From assembly GCA_964635675.1 (NCBI GenBank), contig CAZWPT010000004.1, positions 4,744 to 68,743 of the forward strand: a DNA stretch of 64,000 nucleotides, written 5' to 3'. Of this stretch, positions 38,851 through 50,224 are shown piece after piece. The stretch comes from an uncultured Nitrososphaerota archaeon (GTDB lineage Archaea > Thermoproteota > EX4484-205 > JAAOZP01). Numbering within the stretch: position 1 is the first letter of the stretch; the number at the start of each line of letters is the position of its first letter. The translations under genes were made by a program, and so were the position numbers. Under the pieces are notes generated by a model. It was not told where the DNA came from, made no database searches, and worked only from the letters and a program-made list of their open reading frames with translations.

Positions 38851-39426
38851 ATGCGGGAAGACTATGCTTGGAACCGTATTATTCTGGAGGCTTACGGTGT
38901 CTCTAAGGATCTAGGGGTTCCTGCAATAGAGATGGATGACGGCTGCGTGCTTTTCTCAACAGCCTTTCTGACAGCTATACGGTTTGGATGTTTGAAAGCC
39001 ATGGACGCTGGTGCGGGCATAGGTTTTTCAACAGTATGGATTGCTAAAGCTCTTTTAGAGTCAGGGGTTGATGGTAACGTCTACGCTGTTGAGAAGAATA
39101 TTCGAAGATTTAGAAGGCTCAAGGAGCTTGTTGGCAAGCATCGTTTGGAGCATCTAATCACGCCGGTTAACGGAGACGCGTTGGAGTACGTCAGGAAGGT
39201 CGATGAGCTGAATCTAGTCTTCATGGATATTGAAAAGGAGCAATACTTAGAGTTTTTCAACCTGATTAAGAGCAAGATTCTTAGAGGCGGAGTGATGCTT
39301 GCACACAACGTTAAGCACCCGTATGGCACCATAGCGGGCTTTCTAAACGAGACTTCTGGCGGAATGTGGAGAACCGTTATAGTGCCTACTGGAGCAGGAG
39401 TCTCTATAAGCATTAAAATGGGTTAA
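38851..39426 (+). CDS. Class I SAM-dependent O-methyltransferase
   Basis: DAGAGIGFST, GDAL, FMDIEK, AHNV. Confidence 0.88.
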   Translation: MREDYAWNRIILEAYGVSKDLGVPAIEMDDGCVLFSTAFLTAIRFGCLKAMDAGAGIGFSTVWIAKALLESGVDGNVYAVEKNIRRFRRLKELVGKHRLEHLITPVNGDALEYVRKVDELNLVFMDIEKEQYLEFFNLIKSKILRGGVMLAHNVKHPYGTIAGFLNETSGGMWRTVIVPTGAGVSISIKMG

Positions 39427-40292
39427 GACTGTAAGACAGGTTTTCTGGATGATTCCCCAATGCTTTCCTCAATTGCTTTAACGACGGCTACTGGCTCAAG
39501 CATCTCTTCGCCTGAAAGGATCCACCGCTTGTTGTCAAGCATCTCCTTAATCCTCATCATCCCCCTCTTGTAGCAGTCCTTGGAGTCAACCTTGGCTGAG
39601 AAATGGGTTTTCTTAGTTAGGCCTTCCAGTGAAAAAACATAGGGCATTTCAGGGGCGATCTTTACTGTTCCAATCTGTTTCTCGTGAACCAGCGTCGCAA
39701 CTATGTTTTTATTCTTCACGGTTGCATAAATCTCTCTCACCCCTGTTCCCGCAACCTCGTTAAAAATCTCTGCACAATGCACTCCATAAAAGATTAATCC
39801 GCCATACTCGCTTTCAAGGTCTCCCGGGCCTAGTACGCTTAGGAAAACCGGCTCCTCATTCTTAAAAATTTTTTTAAGCTCTTGCACAGCGTCCGTAAAC
39901 CTCAGGGTCGAAAAGCTCGTTAAAAGGGTTTGTTTCTCCTTCGCTAACTCGATGATTTTTTCAGCGTCTGCTACCGTGGCTGCTAGAGGCTTATCCACGA
40001 AAACCGGAATCCTGTTTTCTATGAACGGCTTAGCGTATTCCAGGTGTAGCCCGCCGTGTCTAAACTCTACAAACGCGACATCAATGTTTCCAATCATCTC
40101 GTTTACATCTGAAACAATGTTTTCAATACCGCCTTTTTCCGCAACCTCTCTATTCCTCGTTTCGTCGAACCCGAAGAGGTGGGTTGCTTTGAAACCCGGG
40201 ACGTAATTTTCCCTGTCTATGCCGTTCGCGATCTGTGAAAAAGTTATCGCGTGAGAATTGTCGGACCCAACTATTCCTATCCTGTAAACCAT
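39423..40292 (-). CDS. Gfo/Idh/MocA family oxidoreductase
   Basis: RIGIVGSDNSHA, FVDKPLA, FYGVH. Confidence 0.88.
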   Translation of the reverse strand: MVYRIGIVGSDNSHAITFSQIANGIDRENYVPGFKATHLFGFDETRNREVAEKGGIENIVSDVNEMIGNIDVAFVEFRHGGLHLEYAKPFIENRIPVFVDKPLAATVADAEKIIELAKEKQTLLTSFSTLRFTDAVQELKKIFKNEEPVFLSVLGPGDLESEYGGLIFYGVHCAEIFNEVAGTGVREIYATVKNKNIVATLVHEKQIGTVKIAPEMPYVFSLEGLTKKTHFSAKVDSKDCYKRGMMRIKEMLDNKRWILSGEEMLEPVAVVKAIEESIGESSRKPVLQS

Positions 40293-40332
40293 GTGGGCGG
40301 GTGAGTGGAACGACTTTATAAGTTTTTCAGAA

Positions 40333-40767
40333 TCACTGTTTTTTCAGCTTGAACAGGAAGTGGCAGCATTCATCTCCTCTCATTAAAAGCTTGTCTCTAA
40401 CCAGTTCTATCCCATGGTTAAATCCTTTCACAACATAGTGGTCGCCGCTGCAGATCATTTTTTCACCCACGTCGGATGCGTTGAACTTTTTAAAGACTTC
40501 CGCGTGGACGCACTTCTTAACGATAACTTCCAAGGCTTCTTCGCTCTCCTCTAGAACCTCGAATTCATGAGCCTCCTTACTGAATAATGTTAAAAAGTAT
40601 CTGGGAGTTTTATCCTTTGCCTCTATGCCTCTCTTCCTCCATTCCTCCTCTATCCTTCTGTTCCTCCAGTCTACCAAAACGTCCAGCGCCTCTTTACCAA
40701 ACTCTTTCTCAAGAATCCGGCTCATCATAATTAAAGAAAAATCTCTATAATATCTTAACTCGCTCAT
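40333..40767 (-). CDS. L-2-amino-thiazoline-4-carboxylate hydrolase-like (V4R-related) protein
   Basis: KCVHAE, ICSGD, LMRGDECCHF. Confidence 0.8.
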   Translation of the reverse strand: MSELRYYRDFSLIMMSRILEKEFGKEALDVLVDWRNRRIEEEWRKRGIEAKDKTPRYFLTLFSKEAHEFEVLEESEEALEVIVKKCVHAEVFKKFNASDVGEKMICSGDHYVVKGFNHGIELVRDKLLMRGDECCHFLFKLKKQ

Positions 40768-40952
40768 TTCTAAGCCTAAACGGCTCTTCTCACTATTAAA
40801 TCTTTCCTAAGGGGAAGCATGATTCCCGACAATATTTCTTAAGGATGGTTTCCTGGAAACCCTGCGAAACTTTAAACCCGTTCGATCGGCTTTTTCCCAT
40901 CCCCTTATGCGGAAGAATTAAATAGTTTTTCTCTCCCAATAGACGTGGATTC

Positions 40953-41687
40953 GTGATGGGAGCTGAAAGCATAGTTGCAGTCAGAAACCTTGTTAAACGC
41001 TTCGGGGATCTGGCGGCTGTAGAGGGGGTTTCGTTAAGAATTGAGAAGGGTGAAGTATTCGGGTTGATAGGTCCAAACGGTGCTGGCAAGACTACTATTC
41101 TAAGAATAATGGCGACACTCCTCCTGCCGACAAGCGGCTACGTCAACATACTTGGGTATGACGCTGTCAAGGAGGCTGGTAAAATCAGGCCTTTCATCTC
41201 GTACTTGGCTGAGGACGCTGGGACATATAGAAACCTGAGCGGCCGCGAATACTTGTCTATAGTGGCAAGGATATACTTTGATTCGGATATTGAGGCGTCT
41301 AAAGCTGTTGAGGAGGCGATAGGAATCTCAGGGCTGGGTGACAGGGTGGATGATAAGATGAAGACTTACAGCAAGGGGATGAAGAGGAGGCTCCAGATAG
41401 CTAGAGCATTAATGACAAAGCCGAGGCTAGCGATATTAGACGAGCCTACTGCAGGCCTAGACGTTTTTCACGCGAAACACATAAGGGGGGTTGTGAGCAG
41501 ACATGTCAAGGAGGGTGGGACAGTGGTTCTTTCAAGCCACAATATGCTTGAGGTCGAATACTTGTGTACTAGAGTTGCTTTTATACATCGTGGGCATGTA
41601 CTTTTTGAAGGAGCACCGGAGGAGATTAAAAATAAACTCGGGGCTTCGAATCTTGAAGAGGCATTTATCGAGGTGACCAGTAGATGA
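40953..41687 (+). CDS. ABC-2 type exporter ATP-binding subunit
   Basis: GPNGAGKTT, YSKGM, ILDEPTAGLD, SSH. Confidence 0.96.
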   Translation: MMGAESIVAVRNLVKRFGDLAAVEGVSLRIEKGEVFGLIGPNGAGKTTILRIMATLLLPTSGYVNILGYDAVKEAGKIRPFISYLAEDAGTYRNLSGREYLSIVARIYFDSDIEASKAVEEAIGISGLGDRVDDKMKTYSKGMKRRLQIARALMTKPRLAILDEPTAGLDVFHAKHIRGVVSRHVKEGGTVVLSSHNMLEVEYLCTRVAFIHRGHVLFEGAPEEIKNKLGASNLEEAFIEVTSR

Positions 41688-43018
41688 GAAAGCTTGTTTC
41701 ACTGGTTGAGAAGGAGGTTAAGGATCTTCTAAGAGACCCCAGGATATACATTGGCCTGGTTGTTCCCGTGGTACTGATGCCGTTACTGGGTTTTCTCATG
41801 TCCACATCGATGAGCAGCTCTATTGAAGCCGGGGCTAAGGGTTTGAAAATAGCTGTACTCGACTACGATAAGACCGTGTTAAGCAACGCCTTCCTAAACC
41901 TTTCTGGGAGCCTAGGGGCGGATGTTAAGAGTATTGACGTTGCTGACATTGAAACCGCGGTCGGTGAAGCGAGAAACCTCGGTTCAACCGCTTTGATAGT
42001 TATAGGGAGAGGGTTTGAGAATGATCTGGTTAACTTCAGGAGGGCAAGCGTTGAAGTATACGTTGTAATGGAGACCATGAGCCTAGGCTCAATAGGCGCA
42101 TACTCTGCCGTTGAAGGATTATTGAGCGTGTCCTCGAAGATTTTCAGCAACATGTTGATCTCTAAACTTAACCCAAACATTTCTCCCGATGTTGTTCGAG
42201 AACCGTTCAACATTTCGACGCGCTCAATACTCAAGGATAAAATAATCGAGATTCCTCCTCAAGTACTTTTCAACCAACTCTTAATGGGGTACAGCATTAT
42301 GATTCCGCTGCTGCTTTTAATGCTGTCAATTACTGTCGTCCAGTTTGCTGCTACTGCAACCGCGGTTGAGAATGAGGAGAAAACCCTGGAGACTCTCTTG
42401 ACTTTCCCGGTGACGCGCTACGACATCCTTCTGGCTAAGCTGCTAGGCTCATCTATCCTGGCTGTAATCGGGAGCATCCTGTTTACAGGAGGGTTCATCC
42501 TATACTTTAACAACATGCTCACCATGTCTGGTTTCAATTTTCCAGTGGGAGATGTTTCCCGGCTGCTTCCCTCACCCCCGCCTGAGAGCTTCATTCTTCT
42601 CGCTGTCAGCCTGATTCTTGCGATACTTTTCGTAACGTCTCTCGGAGTGGCGATCGGAGCATTAAGCAGCGACGTCAGGATGGCGAACTCTCTCCTCGGA
42701 GTGGTAATAGTTCCGATAATGGTGCCCTCATTACTGATGATGTACGGGGACCTCAGCACACTGCCTCTATCTCTTAAACTTCTAGTGTACGCTCTGCCCA
42801 CATCCTACCCCATAATGATCGCTAAAGACATGGTTATGACGCCAATATCCTTGGAAGCCATTCTCGGAATCCCGTATTCTGCAGCCCTAACGGTTCTCGT
42901 CCTCTACGCTACGAGCATGCTACTGGCGCCGGAGAAGCTCTTGACGATTCAATACAGGCTGAGGCTCAGGGGTTCTAGGAGACGGCAGATCAAGGAGCTT
43001 GAAACCAGTCTACAGTGA
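41684..43018 (+). CDS. ABC-2 type exporter permease (NatB-like)
   Basis: KEVKDLLRD, ENEEKTLETLLTFPV, multiple TM helices. ATGA overlap with the ATPase gene. Confidence 0.93.
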   Translation: MRKLVSLVEKEVKDLLRDPRIYIGLVVPVVLMPLLGFLMSTSMSSSIEAGAKGLKIAVLDYDKTVLSNAFLNLSGSLGADVKSIDVADIETAVGEARNLGSTALIVIGRGFENDLVNFRRASVEVYVVMETMSLGSIGAYSAVEGLLSVSSKIFSNMLISKLNPNISPDVVREPFNISTRSILKDKIIEIPPQVLFNQLLMGYSIMIPLLLLMLSITVVQFAATATAVENEEKTLETLLTFPVTRYDILLAKLLGSSILAVIGSILFTGGFILYFNNMLTMSGFNFPVGDVSRLLPSPPPESFILLAVSLILAILFVTSLGVAIGALSSDVRMANSLLGVVIVPIMVPSLLMMYGDLSTLPLSLKLLVYALPTSYPIMIAKDMVMTPISLEAILGIPYSAALTVLVLYATSMLLAPEKLLTIQYRLRLRGSRRRQIKELETSLQ

Positions 43019-43131
43019 CTTTTTTAGTCGCCCCTTCCATCCAGCATTTTTCTAAGCGACGCGTGGGAAACCGGTGGTTAGCGCCTCGTTGCGCCAGATA
43101 ATCTTAAATCGGTGTTTGCAAAGCGCCAAAT

Positions 43132-44019
43132 GTGGGAAAACCAAGCATAGTCAAGCTCGGCACCATTGATTGCGGCATGGTGGAGACGACGCCAATAGTC
43201 TTTCAGAATAGGCTTTACCGCTTCGAATATGTGCGTCCAAACTACAAACCGAATAAAACAGGCATCCCGTTCTTCCGTTTCATCGACGTCGACTCCGGAG
43301 AATCGACTCCAGCTTTTGCACACGGTTTCCACTTGGGTAGTGCTTATGTGGATGATGATAGGGTTTTCGTCTACGGTGTTGACGCTTGGGGCGGTTCGAA
43401 GATTAAGGTTTTCTGGAGCAGGGATTTGAAGGAGTGGCGCTCGGAAGACGCGCTCATCCTTCCCGGGTGTGGAATCTACAACAACTCTGTCTGTAGGAGT
43501 CGCGATCACTACATAATGGCGATCGAGCTGGGGGAGCCTGCGGGGCTAGTTGGCGTTAGGTTCACGATCTTCTTCGCCGAGTCGGATGATCTGCTTAAAT
43601 GGAGTATGCGCCCGTTTAACGAGGCCTTTTCAAAAGACCGGTATACTGCTTGTCCTGCAATCCGCTGGCTAGATGGATACTATTATATGGTTTATCTTGA
43701 GCAGACACTGGGATTGACGTATGAGCCGTATACTATCCGTTCGAGAAACCTTGTTGACTGGCAGAGCAGTCCTTTTAATCCAGTTATGCGTCCCTCAGTC
43801 GAAGACAAGAAGATTGCTAGCGAAAGGCTTACTACTGAGCAGAGGAACAGGATTGCTAATGCTGTAAACATTAACAACTCTGATCTGGATTTCTGCGAGT
43901 TAAACGGGAAGACAATTATATACTATAGCTGGGGGGACCAGAGGGGCACAGAGTTCCTAGCCGAGGCTGTTTACGAAGGCGGGCTGGAAGACTTCTTCAG
44001 ATACTTTTTCAGACAATAG
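43132..44019 (+). CDS. Hypothetical five-bladed beta-propeller glycosidase-like protein
   Basis: Repeated blade-like segments (VETTP, SRDLKEW, ESDDLLKW, YTACP, SRNLVDW, NNSDLD). Confidence 0.65.
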   Translation: MGKPSIVKLGTIDCGMVETTPIVFQNRLYRFEYVRPNYKPNKTGIPFFRFIDVDSGESTPAFAHGFHLGSAYVDDDRVFVYGVDAWGGSKIKVFWSRDLKEWRSEDALILPGCGIYNNSVCRSRDHYIMAIELGEPAGLVGVRFTIFFAESDDLLKWSMRPFNEAFSKDRYTACPAIRWLDGYYYMVYLEQTLGLTYEPYTIRSRNLVDWQSSPFNPVMRPSVEDKKIASERLTTEQRNRIANAVNINNSDLDFCELNGKTIIYYSWGDQRGTEFLAEAVYEGGLEDFFRYFFRQ

Positions 44020-44119
44020 TTAGGTTTCAAAGATAGGGAAAGCATTCTCCTACAAAACTTAATAATGGGCATCGAAATTATTAAATTCAGGGAAATAGTG
44101 CGGAGGAGGCGTATGCTGC

Positions 44120-45385
44120 ATGAAGGCTGGTTATGCGAAGAGAGACGTGACGCCTCCCATAGGGTTGCGGCTGGGTGGTTATGCGCACAGGTTCGGCCGT
44201 TCTTCTCAAGCTGTCCACGATCCCCTTATGGTCAGCGCCATACACATCGGGTCGTATGGTGAGGATGTGCTCCTAATACATTGCGACGTGCTCGGAGTCT
44301 ACAGAAGCTTCGCAGACAACATTAAGAGGGCTATTCAAGAAAAGGTTGGAATAGGCTCAAGCCGAATATTTTTGACAACAACCCATACTCACTCTGGGCC
44401 TGAGACAATCACTCCTATGTGGCCGAACACATTCCCCTACACTAATGAGGAGAAAAGGGTTTTAAGCCAATGGGAGGCTTTCTTCGCGGAAAGCATTATC
44501 GAGGCTGCGATAGAGGCATGTGAAAAGTCTACGCCTGCCTCCATCAGATTCGAGACTGCTCTAGTCCCAGGCCTAACCTATAATAGGACGCATAAGAATG
44601 GTGTTATAGATGAATGCATGCCTTTCATGCTGATCAAGAATAGGGATTTTAAGATTGTTTTGACGAATTATTGCTGCCACCCTGTTTGCAACACCGATCT
44701 CGGTGTCTCTGCAGACTACCCTGGGGAACTGTATGCTAGGATGCTTGGAAACGGGTTTGAAGTTTTTTTCACAACGGGTTCAGCAGGGGACATTGATCCT
44801 GTCGAGAAGGGCAGGGTTTTCATATCGAAAATAGGTTTAAGCATGCAGCACGCGTTGGAGAATGCTTTGGGAGACGCGGTTGAACCAGCCCACGATGGGG
44901 TTAATGTTCAGAATAGAATTCTCAGGCTGAAGCTTAGGGATCCGCCTTTTTTCAGCGAAGCTAGGAGAAAGTTCTTAGAGCAGTATGAGCTTTGCAGGAA
45001 CCGGCTGGATAACCAGGAGTGTGTCACCAGCCTTCTTTACGCGGATGAGGAATACGAGGTTGCCAAAGAAGGTAAGAAGTCGGTTGAAACACTTATTCAG
45101 ACTTTAACCATAGGGGGTGAAGTTGTTTTAATATCTATCCCCGGAGAACTATTTGTGGAATTCGGGTTGAGGATGTGTGAGGCGGCTTGTTCGATGGGGT
45201 ATAGGTCTGCAATAATATCTACTTATTCAGAGGATTATATTGGCTACATTCCTGATAAAGAGGCTTTTGAAAAAGGATCTTACGAAGCCCGGCTCGCACG
45301 CTGGAGTAGAGTAACGCCTGACGCTGGCGACCAGGTTTTTCAAACCGTTTTGGACTGCTTCCTCTCATCTATAAAGAGTATGTGA
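44120..45385 (+). CDS. Neutral/alkaline ceramidase N-terminal-like hydrolase
   Basis: GLRLGGY, HDPL, THTHSGP, NYCCHP, GSAGDIDP, PGELF, YIGYIPD, GSYE. Confidence 0.85.
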   Translation: MKAGYAKRDVTPPIGLRLGGYAHRFGRSSQAVHDPLMVSAIHIGSYGEDVLLIHCDVLGVYRSFADNIKRAIQEKVGIGSSRIFLTTTHTHSGPETITPMWPNTFPYTNEEKRVLSQWEAFFAESIIEAAIEACEKSTPASIRFETALVPGLTYNRTHKNGVIDECMPFMLIKNRDFKIVLTNYCCHPVCNTDLGVSADYPGELYARMLGNGFEVFFTTGSAGDIDPVEKGRVFISKIGLSMQHALENALGDAVEPAHDGVNVQNRILRLKLRDPPFFSEARRKFLEQYELCRNRLDNQECVTSLLYADEEYEVAKEGKKSVETLIQTLTIGGEVVLISIPGELFVEFGLRMCEAACSMGYRSAIISTYSEDYIGYIPDKEAFEKGSYEARLARWSRVTPDAGDQVFQTVLDCFLSSIKSM

Positions 45386-45396
45386 ACCCTCTGTTT

Positions 45397-46749
45397 TCAG
45401 AGTAGCCATCCTAATCTCAAATCATACTGTGAACCCGTTTTCCTTAACCTTTTAGGGTTAATCCTAGCTAGTTTACCGTAGTATTCCCTGTCAAACCTCT
45501 CTAACTCCTCCGGCATTTTAGACCATGCTTGCGCGGTTCGCCATATCCGAACATGGTTTCTAAGAGCTGCATCAATATCTTGGGAGGTTGGGACAACATT
45601 ATGATATCCAGGTAATCCCATCGAACCATAGTAACACCAGAGGCCCACAGCATTATGAATCTGATAACCACTGACCGTGTAGCGAAGGAATTCTTCACGC
45701 TCCAAACCTTCACGTCCAGCTTCTCCTCTCAACACATAGTCTGCATAAGCGTGTGCAAACGGCAAGTATACGCGGCAGGTGCCGAATGGTTCGGTGCTTG
45801 AGTGTAGATAGAGCAGTCGGTCGCCAAGAATAGATCGAGCTCTTCGAATCAAGTAATATCCTGGGCGGAAATCCTCCCTGTGGCCACACCATCCGTCGAA
45901 GTAAAGACCATCTACTCTATACTCCTTCAGAATCCTTCTCATCTCCGAGAACAAGTCTGGAGCATTCGAGTAATACGGGCTGAAATAAACTAGAAACTTC
46001 ATACCGTTTCTCCTGGCTTCCTCCCTGACTCTTGCAAACTCCGTCGGGTCCGCTGGCACAGGATGATCAGTTTCCCACGGCTTAGGATGCTTGTAATCCG
46101 AGCCAGGTGGATCCTCAGCCCATTCAGGAGCGTCAGAAGCCCAGCCTTCATGCATAGTGAACACCCTGCAATATTTCGCGTCGCTTCTAATAATCTCGTC
46201 AGAGGGATATGGCTCCTCCAAGGTTCCTTCATGAGCCAATAATTCCGAAAGCCTTTTCAAATCGATTTCTCTGGGTGGACATATCGAGACCCAGAGTTCA
46301 TCCCACCTGGCTAAATGCGTCTGCACCATCCACGACTCGGATCTTAGACCTGTTGCCTCTGTCCGCCGTGTCGGAATGCTGAAAAAACCGCATCCACCTA
46401 AGGGGTCTAAAAGGAGTCTATTACCATTAATTTCTTGAGCGTAATGTGGGAGAAAATGACCGTCGAAAGCAAGCTTAAGATGCTGCTTTAGAGAAAATAT
46501 GATTAAAGAATCACCTTGTACAGTCAGCTCGAGACCCTTTCCTTCGAAAGTGCATCTGAACTTGGTTTTTCTAGAGACCCTCCATGGAGACAGGTGATCC
46601 GGCAGTCTACAGCTTAACAACTTACGTTCAACACCGATGCGTTGCTCAACTTTAAGCCGGCCCCTGTCTTCCAGCGTTAGACGCATCCCTGGAGTTAATA
46701 CCTCAAACCCTCCACAGGTGCTTTGTAAACTCTGAATACCCATCCCCAT
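45397..46749 (-). CDS. Hypothetical GH-like TIM-barrel protein
   Basis: MKFLVYFSPYY, VDGLYFDG, LYLHSS. GAGG RBS before ATG 46749. Confidence 0.6.
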   Translation of the reverse strand: MGMGIQSLQSTCGGFEVLTPGMRLTLEDRGRLKVEQRIGVERKLLSCRLPDHLSPWRVSRKTKFRCTFEGKGLELTVQGDSLIIFSLKQHLKLAFDGHFLPHYAQEINGNRLLLDPLGGCGFFSIPTRRTEATGLRSESWMVQTHLARWDELWVSICPPREIDLKRLSELLAHEGTLEEPYPSDEIIRSDAKYCRVFTMHEGWASDAPEWAEDPPGSDYKHPKPWETDHPVPADPTEFARVREEARRNGMKFLVYFSPYYSNAPDLFSEMRRILKEYRVDGLYFDGWCGHREDFRPGYYLIRRARSILGDRLLYLHSSTEPFGTCRVYLPFAHAYADYVLRGEAGREGLEREEFLRYTVSGYQIHNAVGLWCYYGSMGLPGYHNVVPTSQDIDAALRNHVRIWRTAQAWSKMPEELERFDREYYGKLARINPKRLRKTGSQYDLRLGWLL

Positions 46750-46918
46750 AAGAACCTCGTCCCCCGCATCGAAATCCATGGCTGTTTTCCTCGCGGTCTT
46801 TAATTAAAGGTTGCTCGCGGCAAACATGCTACGGCTTCTGATGGAAGCCTTCACACGGGTTGAAGCAGACCCTCACACTTCAACAGTGCATCAAGTGTTT
46901 TAATCGTCTCCCGGCTAC

Positions 46919-48142
46919 TCAGGCTCCAGGCAACCCCTTCTCCATCTTCTGCTCAAGCTCATCCCAGAGATACGTGATCGTCTCACGCTTGCCGAGGGCT
47001 ACTTCAATAGCTTGCCGTATATCCGGGTCATAGGCTGGGCAATAGTCGACGAAGACCCCCCTGTCCCTGTAATCTTGAAGACACCTGCCTATGATAACGT
47101 TTATCCTGCCCTCTACGGGTTTAGCACCCCTGCCGATAACAATCGCCATCTTAGGTCCTTTCGCAATATTCTTCACGCCAATCTTTTTTATCGCTATGGA
47201 TAGCTTTTTCTCACAGCCTGAACAGACATCCCCCTGGACTAGCTTAACGTTCCTAGCCTGTTTAAGAAGCCTTGCGGGTTTCGCGAGCGGCATTACAAAT
47301 ATTTTTCTCGCGGCTTTTCCGTCTTTAACAAGCTGGTCGAGAGTTGTTCCAACAAGCTCTATTTTCTTTGGATCTATCTCTCCCAAGCCAAGTTCATGGG
47401 CATATCGAATATGCTCGATACTCGTCGAGTTGAAACCCATTCTAAGGCAGGCTACAGCATCTGTTGCAACAGGATCGTCGCCAGCTATTATAAGTCCTAA
47501 GGGGAAAGCCTCACTGTAGCCAACTCCTATTAAACCATCTATAATAGTCAGTCTCACTCGTAGGATTCTGTTTAATTCCGCAAGCGTCCAATTCAGGCTG
47601 TTAAGGTGGCCGAGCCGCCGTTGAGATGGTCCTATGACGCCCCACATGTTTTTTAATCCCAGCGTAACGTTGCATAATCCATGATGCTTCATAACTGGAA
47701 GACTAATTATGAGGTCAGCATCCATTACTGTTTTAGCGATTCTTAACGTGGGGCAGCCTCTTGCGTTCGGAACATCGACAGTTACCTGCTCATCCTTACG
47801 GAAATCGACAAATCTGACTCCGGCTTTCTCAGCGATTTCTCTCATCCGCATCTTTTCAAAGACTTCGCTGGATATTGTTCCAACAAGAGGGTTCTCACCA
47901 ATGGTAACGTCACATCCAATATCTCTAAATATTTTCGAGACGACGTATATTACACGGGGGTCTGTTGTCTCAATATCACTAACGTTTAAAACGTTAGGTT
48001 TTACAACTACCTTGTCACCGCTTTTCGCAAAGGCCTCCGGCCCTCCTAGTAGTTCTATGCTACGCCTCACACCATTGAATACATCTTCGTCGAAACATTT
48101 TCGCGGAATCTTTACAACTGAAACTTTTGCCAATGTTTGCAC
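46919..48142 (-). CDS. DUF362 domain protein with C-terminal Cys-containing domain
   Basis: VVVKPN, IGE, LPVMKHH, TLGLKN, IIDG, DPVATD, then VCSGC. Confidence 0.9.
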   Translation of the reverse strand: MQTLAKVSVVKIPRKCFDEDVFNGVRRSIELLGGPEAFAKSGDKVVVKPNVLNVSDIETTDPRVIYVVSKIFRDIGCDVTIGENPLVGTISSEVFEKMRMREIAEKAGVRFVDFRKDEQVTVDVPNARGCPTLRIAKTVMDADLIISLPVMKHHGLCNVTLGLKNMWGVIGPSQRRLGHLNSLNWTLAELNRILRVRLTIIDGLIGVGYSEAFPLGLIIAGDDPVATDAVACLRMGFNSTSIEHIRYAHELGLGEIDPKKIELVGTTLDQLVKDGKAARKIFVMPLAKPARLLKQARNVKLVQGDVCSGCEKKLSIAIKKIGVKNIAKGPKMAIVIGRGAKPVEGRINVIIGRCLQDYRDRGVFVDYCPAYDPDIRQAIEVALGKRETITYLWDELEQKMEKGLPGA

Positions 48143-48230
48143 TGTTAAAAAGTCTTTGTAAGCATTATTTAAAGATTTGTTAATAATTCTTAAAAGTAAG
48201 CCTTAATACTGGGCTGGCTTTATTATTCAG

Positions 48231-50224
48231 GTGATGTTATCAAGAAGACAGGATGTTTGGAATCTAGTGAAAGATAGTTTTAATGAGAAGCTGCCCAGGC
48301 GTACCGCCATCCTTGTGAAGGAGAATGACTTCTCTATTTCCTTTGCATATCCTTCTGACTTCGGTTCTATCGGTTGGTTCCTAGACAACAGGGAAGAGAC
48401 AACTTATGAAGAAGCCCCGGTCGCTGCTCTAAAATTCGGAGAGTATAGTTTTCCGGATTTGTCAGGTAGGAGGCTATCTAGAAACGTTTTTCACTTTAGG
48501 ACGATGGAGTATCAACCGTCCCTCGTCAAAAGGAAAATTGTTTTCTCAAACGTTGGGATTGGGGCTACTGAACTGTTCGGCCAGTGTCCGAAAGGAGGAT
48601 CTTCTGGAGGATTACACTTGAAGCTAGGTGTCATCCGCCATTCTGCGTGAACAGGAAATTCTACACTATTGTCACTCTTGAATGTTCCTCAGCAAAGGTA
48701 AGCAAACACAGTTCTGGCAGTATTCTAAAAATCCATCTTGGGAAGAAAAGCTTGTTCATAGCCTCTGAGTCTAACCGATACGGTGTCTACTCGTGTATAG
48801 AGGAGTACCTTGACGACTTGGAGAAGGGTACTATTAATGCACGCAGGAAAACTGGGCGTCACGTTATTTTTGAAAAAGATGTTGCTTTGAAATCTGGAGG
48901 ACAGGTTAGCCTTCTGTTCGGCATAAGCTTCCAGTCACCCGACAAAGCAGCTGGAGCACTGAGACTGAAGAATCCTGTTTCAAGCATTAGGGTGAAGTGG
49001 AATAAATGGTTCAACTCTCTTCCAGCACCAAGCTTCGAAACAGAGGCAGATAGAAAGGCATATTATAAATGCTGGTGGATAGTCAGGCTAAACTATTATA
49101 GGCATCCAAGTCTAGGAAAAACCGTGCTCGAGGCTCTACCGGTTTACCGTGGCTATTGGCAATGGTCTCTTCCTGCTGTCGAATGGCATTCGATGCTTAA
49201 CCCCGAAATAGGACGTGTCTTTGTTAAAAACCTTCTAAACCTGTTTCTCAAACACCAGAGGGAAGATGGTTATGTTACACACGCGATATACCTAGTTGAG
49301 AAAACTCCGGGTGAAACATGGAGTAGTAGAAACATCATTCAGACTCCTCATCTCCCATGGGTCGCGTTGAGATACTACTATGCTACGAAAGACCTTAAAA
49401 GCATTAGAGCATGGTACCCTAAGCTGGTTAAGTATTACAACTATCTTAACGAGTCTCGGGATGCTGGGCTACTTAGGCTGGGCCTCTGGGCTATTCTCAC
49501 CTCTTTCGACACCGGGCTGGATACTTTCCCAGCGTTCCAGAAAGTGACCTATGGCGACTCTGGAATTAAAGAGGATTTCTGCTATCCTGCAATCTTTGCA
49601 GCTGAAAAATGCCGTTTTGAGCAGGCAATGGGCAGAATGTCCAGAATCCTTGAGAACGGTGAGGAAGATACTTGGTTTAGACTGGCTGAGGAAACCAGGC
49701 GTGCCATGGATCACATCCTCTGGGATGAAGACCTACACTGGTACGGTGTTCTTCACCAGGACGGTTCGCTGGACACTAGGATAGGTGTGGATGGGCTTTT
49801 CCCATTTGCATACGGACTGGTTGATCCGGAGAAGGCTCGACAAGCTAGAAAGAATTTTCTCAGGCTGATCGGCGACTACGGGGTTTTTACGCTCGCTCCT
49901 GGCCAGCCTGGTTTTGAGGAAGAAGTTTATTGGAGAGGTCCAGCATGGGCAAAATCGTGCTCTCTAGCAATGGCTGCAGCGCTCAACTACTATCCTGATC
50001 TTTTAAAGGCGGTAAAAGATTCGACAGTAAAGTTTCTCCTGAAGTATCCGAGCGTCTGGGAGTGTATGAGTGCTGCGACGGGAAATATTGCTCGCGGGGA
50101 TATTGGGATTATGGCTACGCCTGTCGTCTCTTCGAACGTGGGGGCTGGTGAAGCCATAGGCGCTCTTCTAACATACTATGGGAGGAACATGTTTTCAATA
50201 GAGCCTAAACGAGGTTCTTTTTGA
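48231..50224 (+). pseudogene. Frameshifted GH63/MGH1-like (alpha/alpha)6 glycoside hydrolase (ORFs 48231..48650 and 48584..50224)
   Basis: Overlapping ORFs offset by -1. The second frame opens at 48572. The downstream part has YRGYWQW, QTPH, DTGLD and YWRGPAW. May be a sequencing error rather than a true pseudogene. Confidence 0.65.

Noticed and set aside
46830-46885. Short hairpins GGCTTC-TGATG-GAAGCC and GTTGAAG..CTTCAAC as a C/D-box sRNA
   Set aside because: No complete box C/box D arrangement; they could be chance or terminator-associated.
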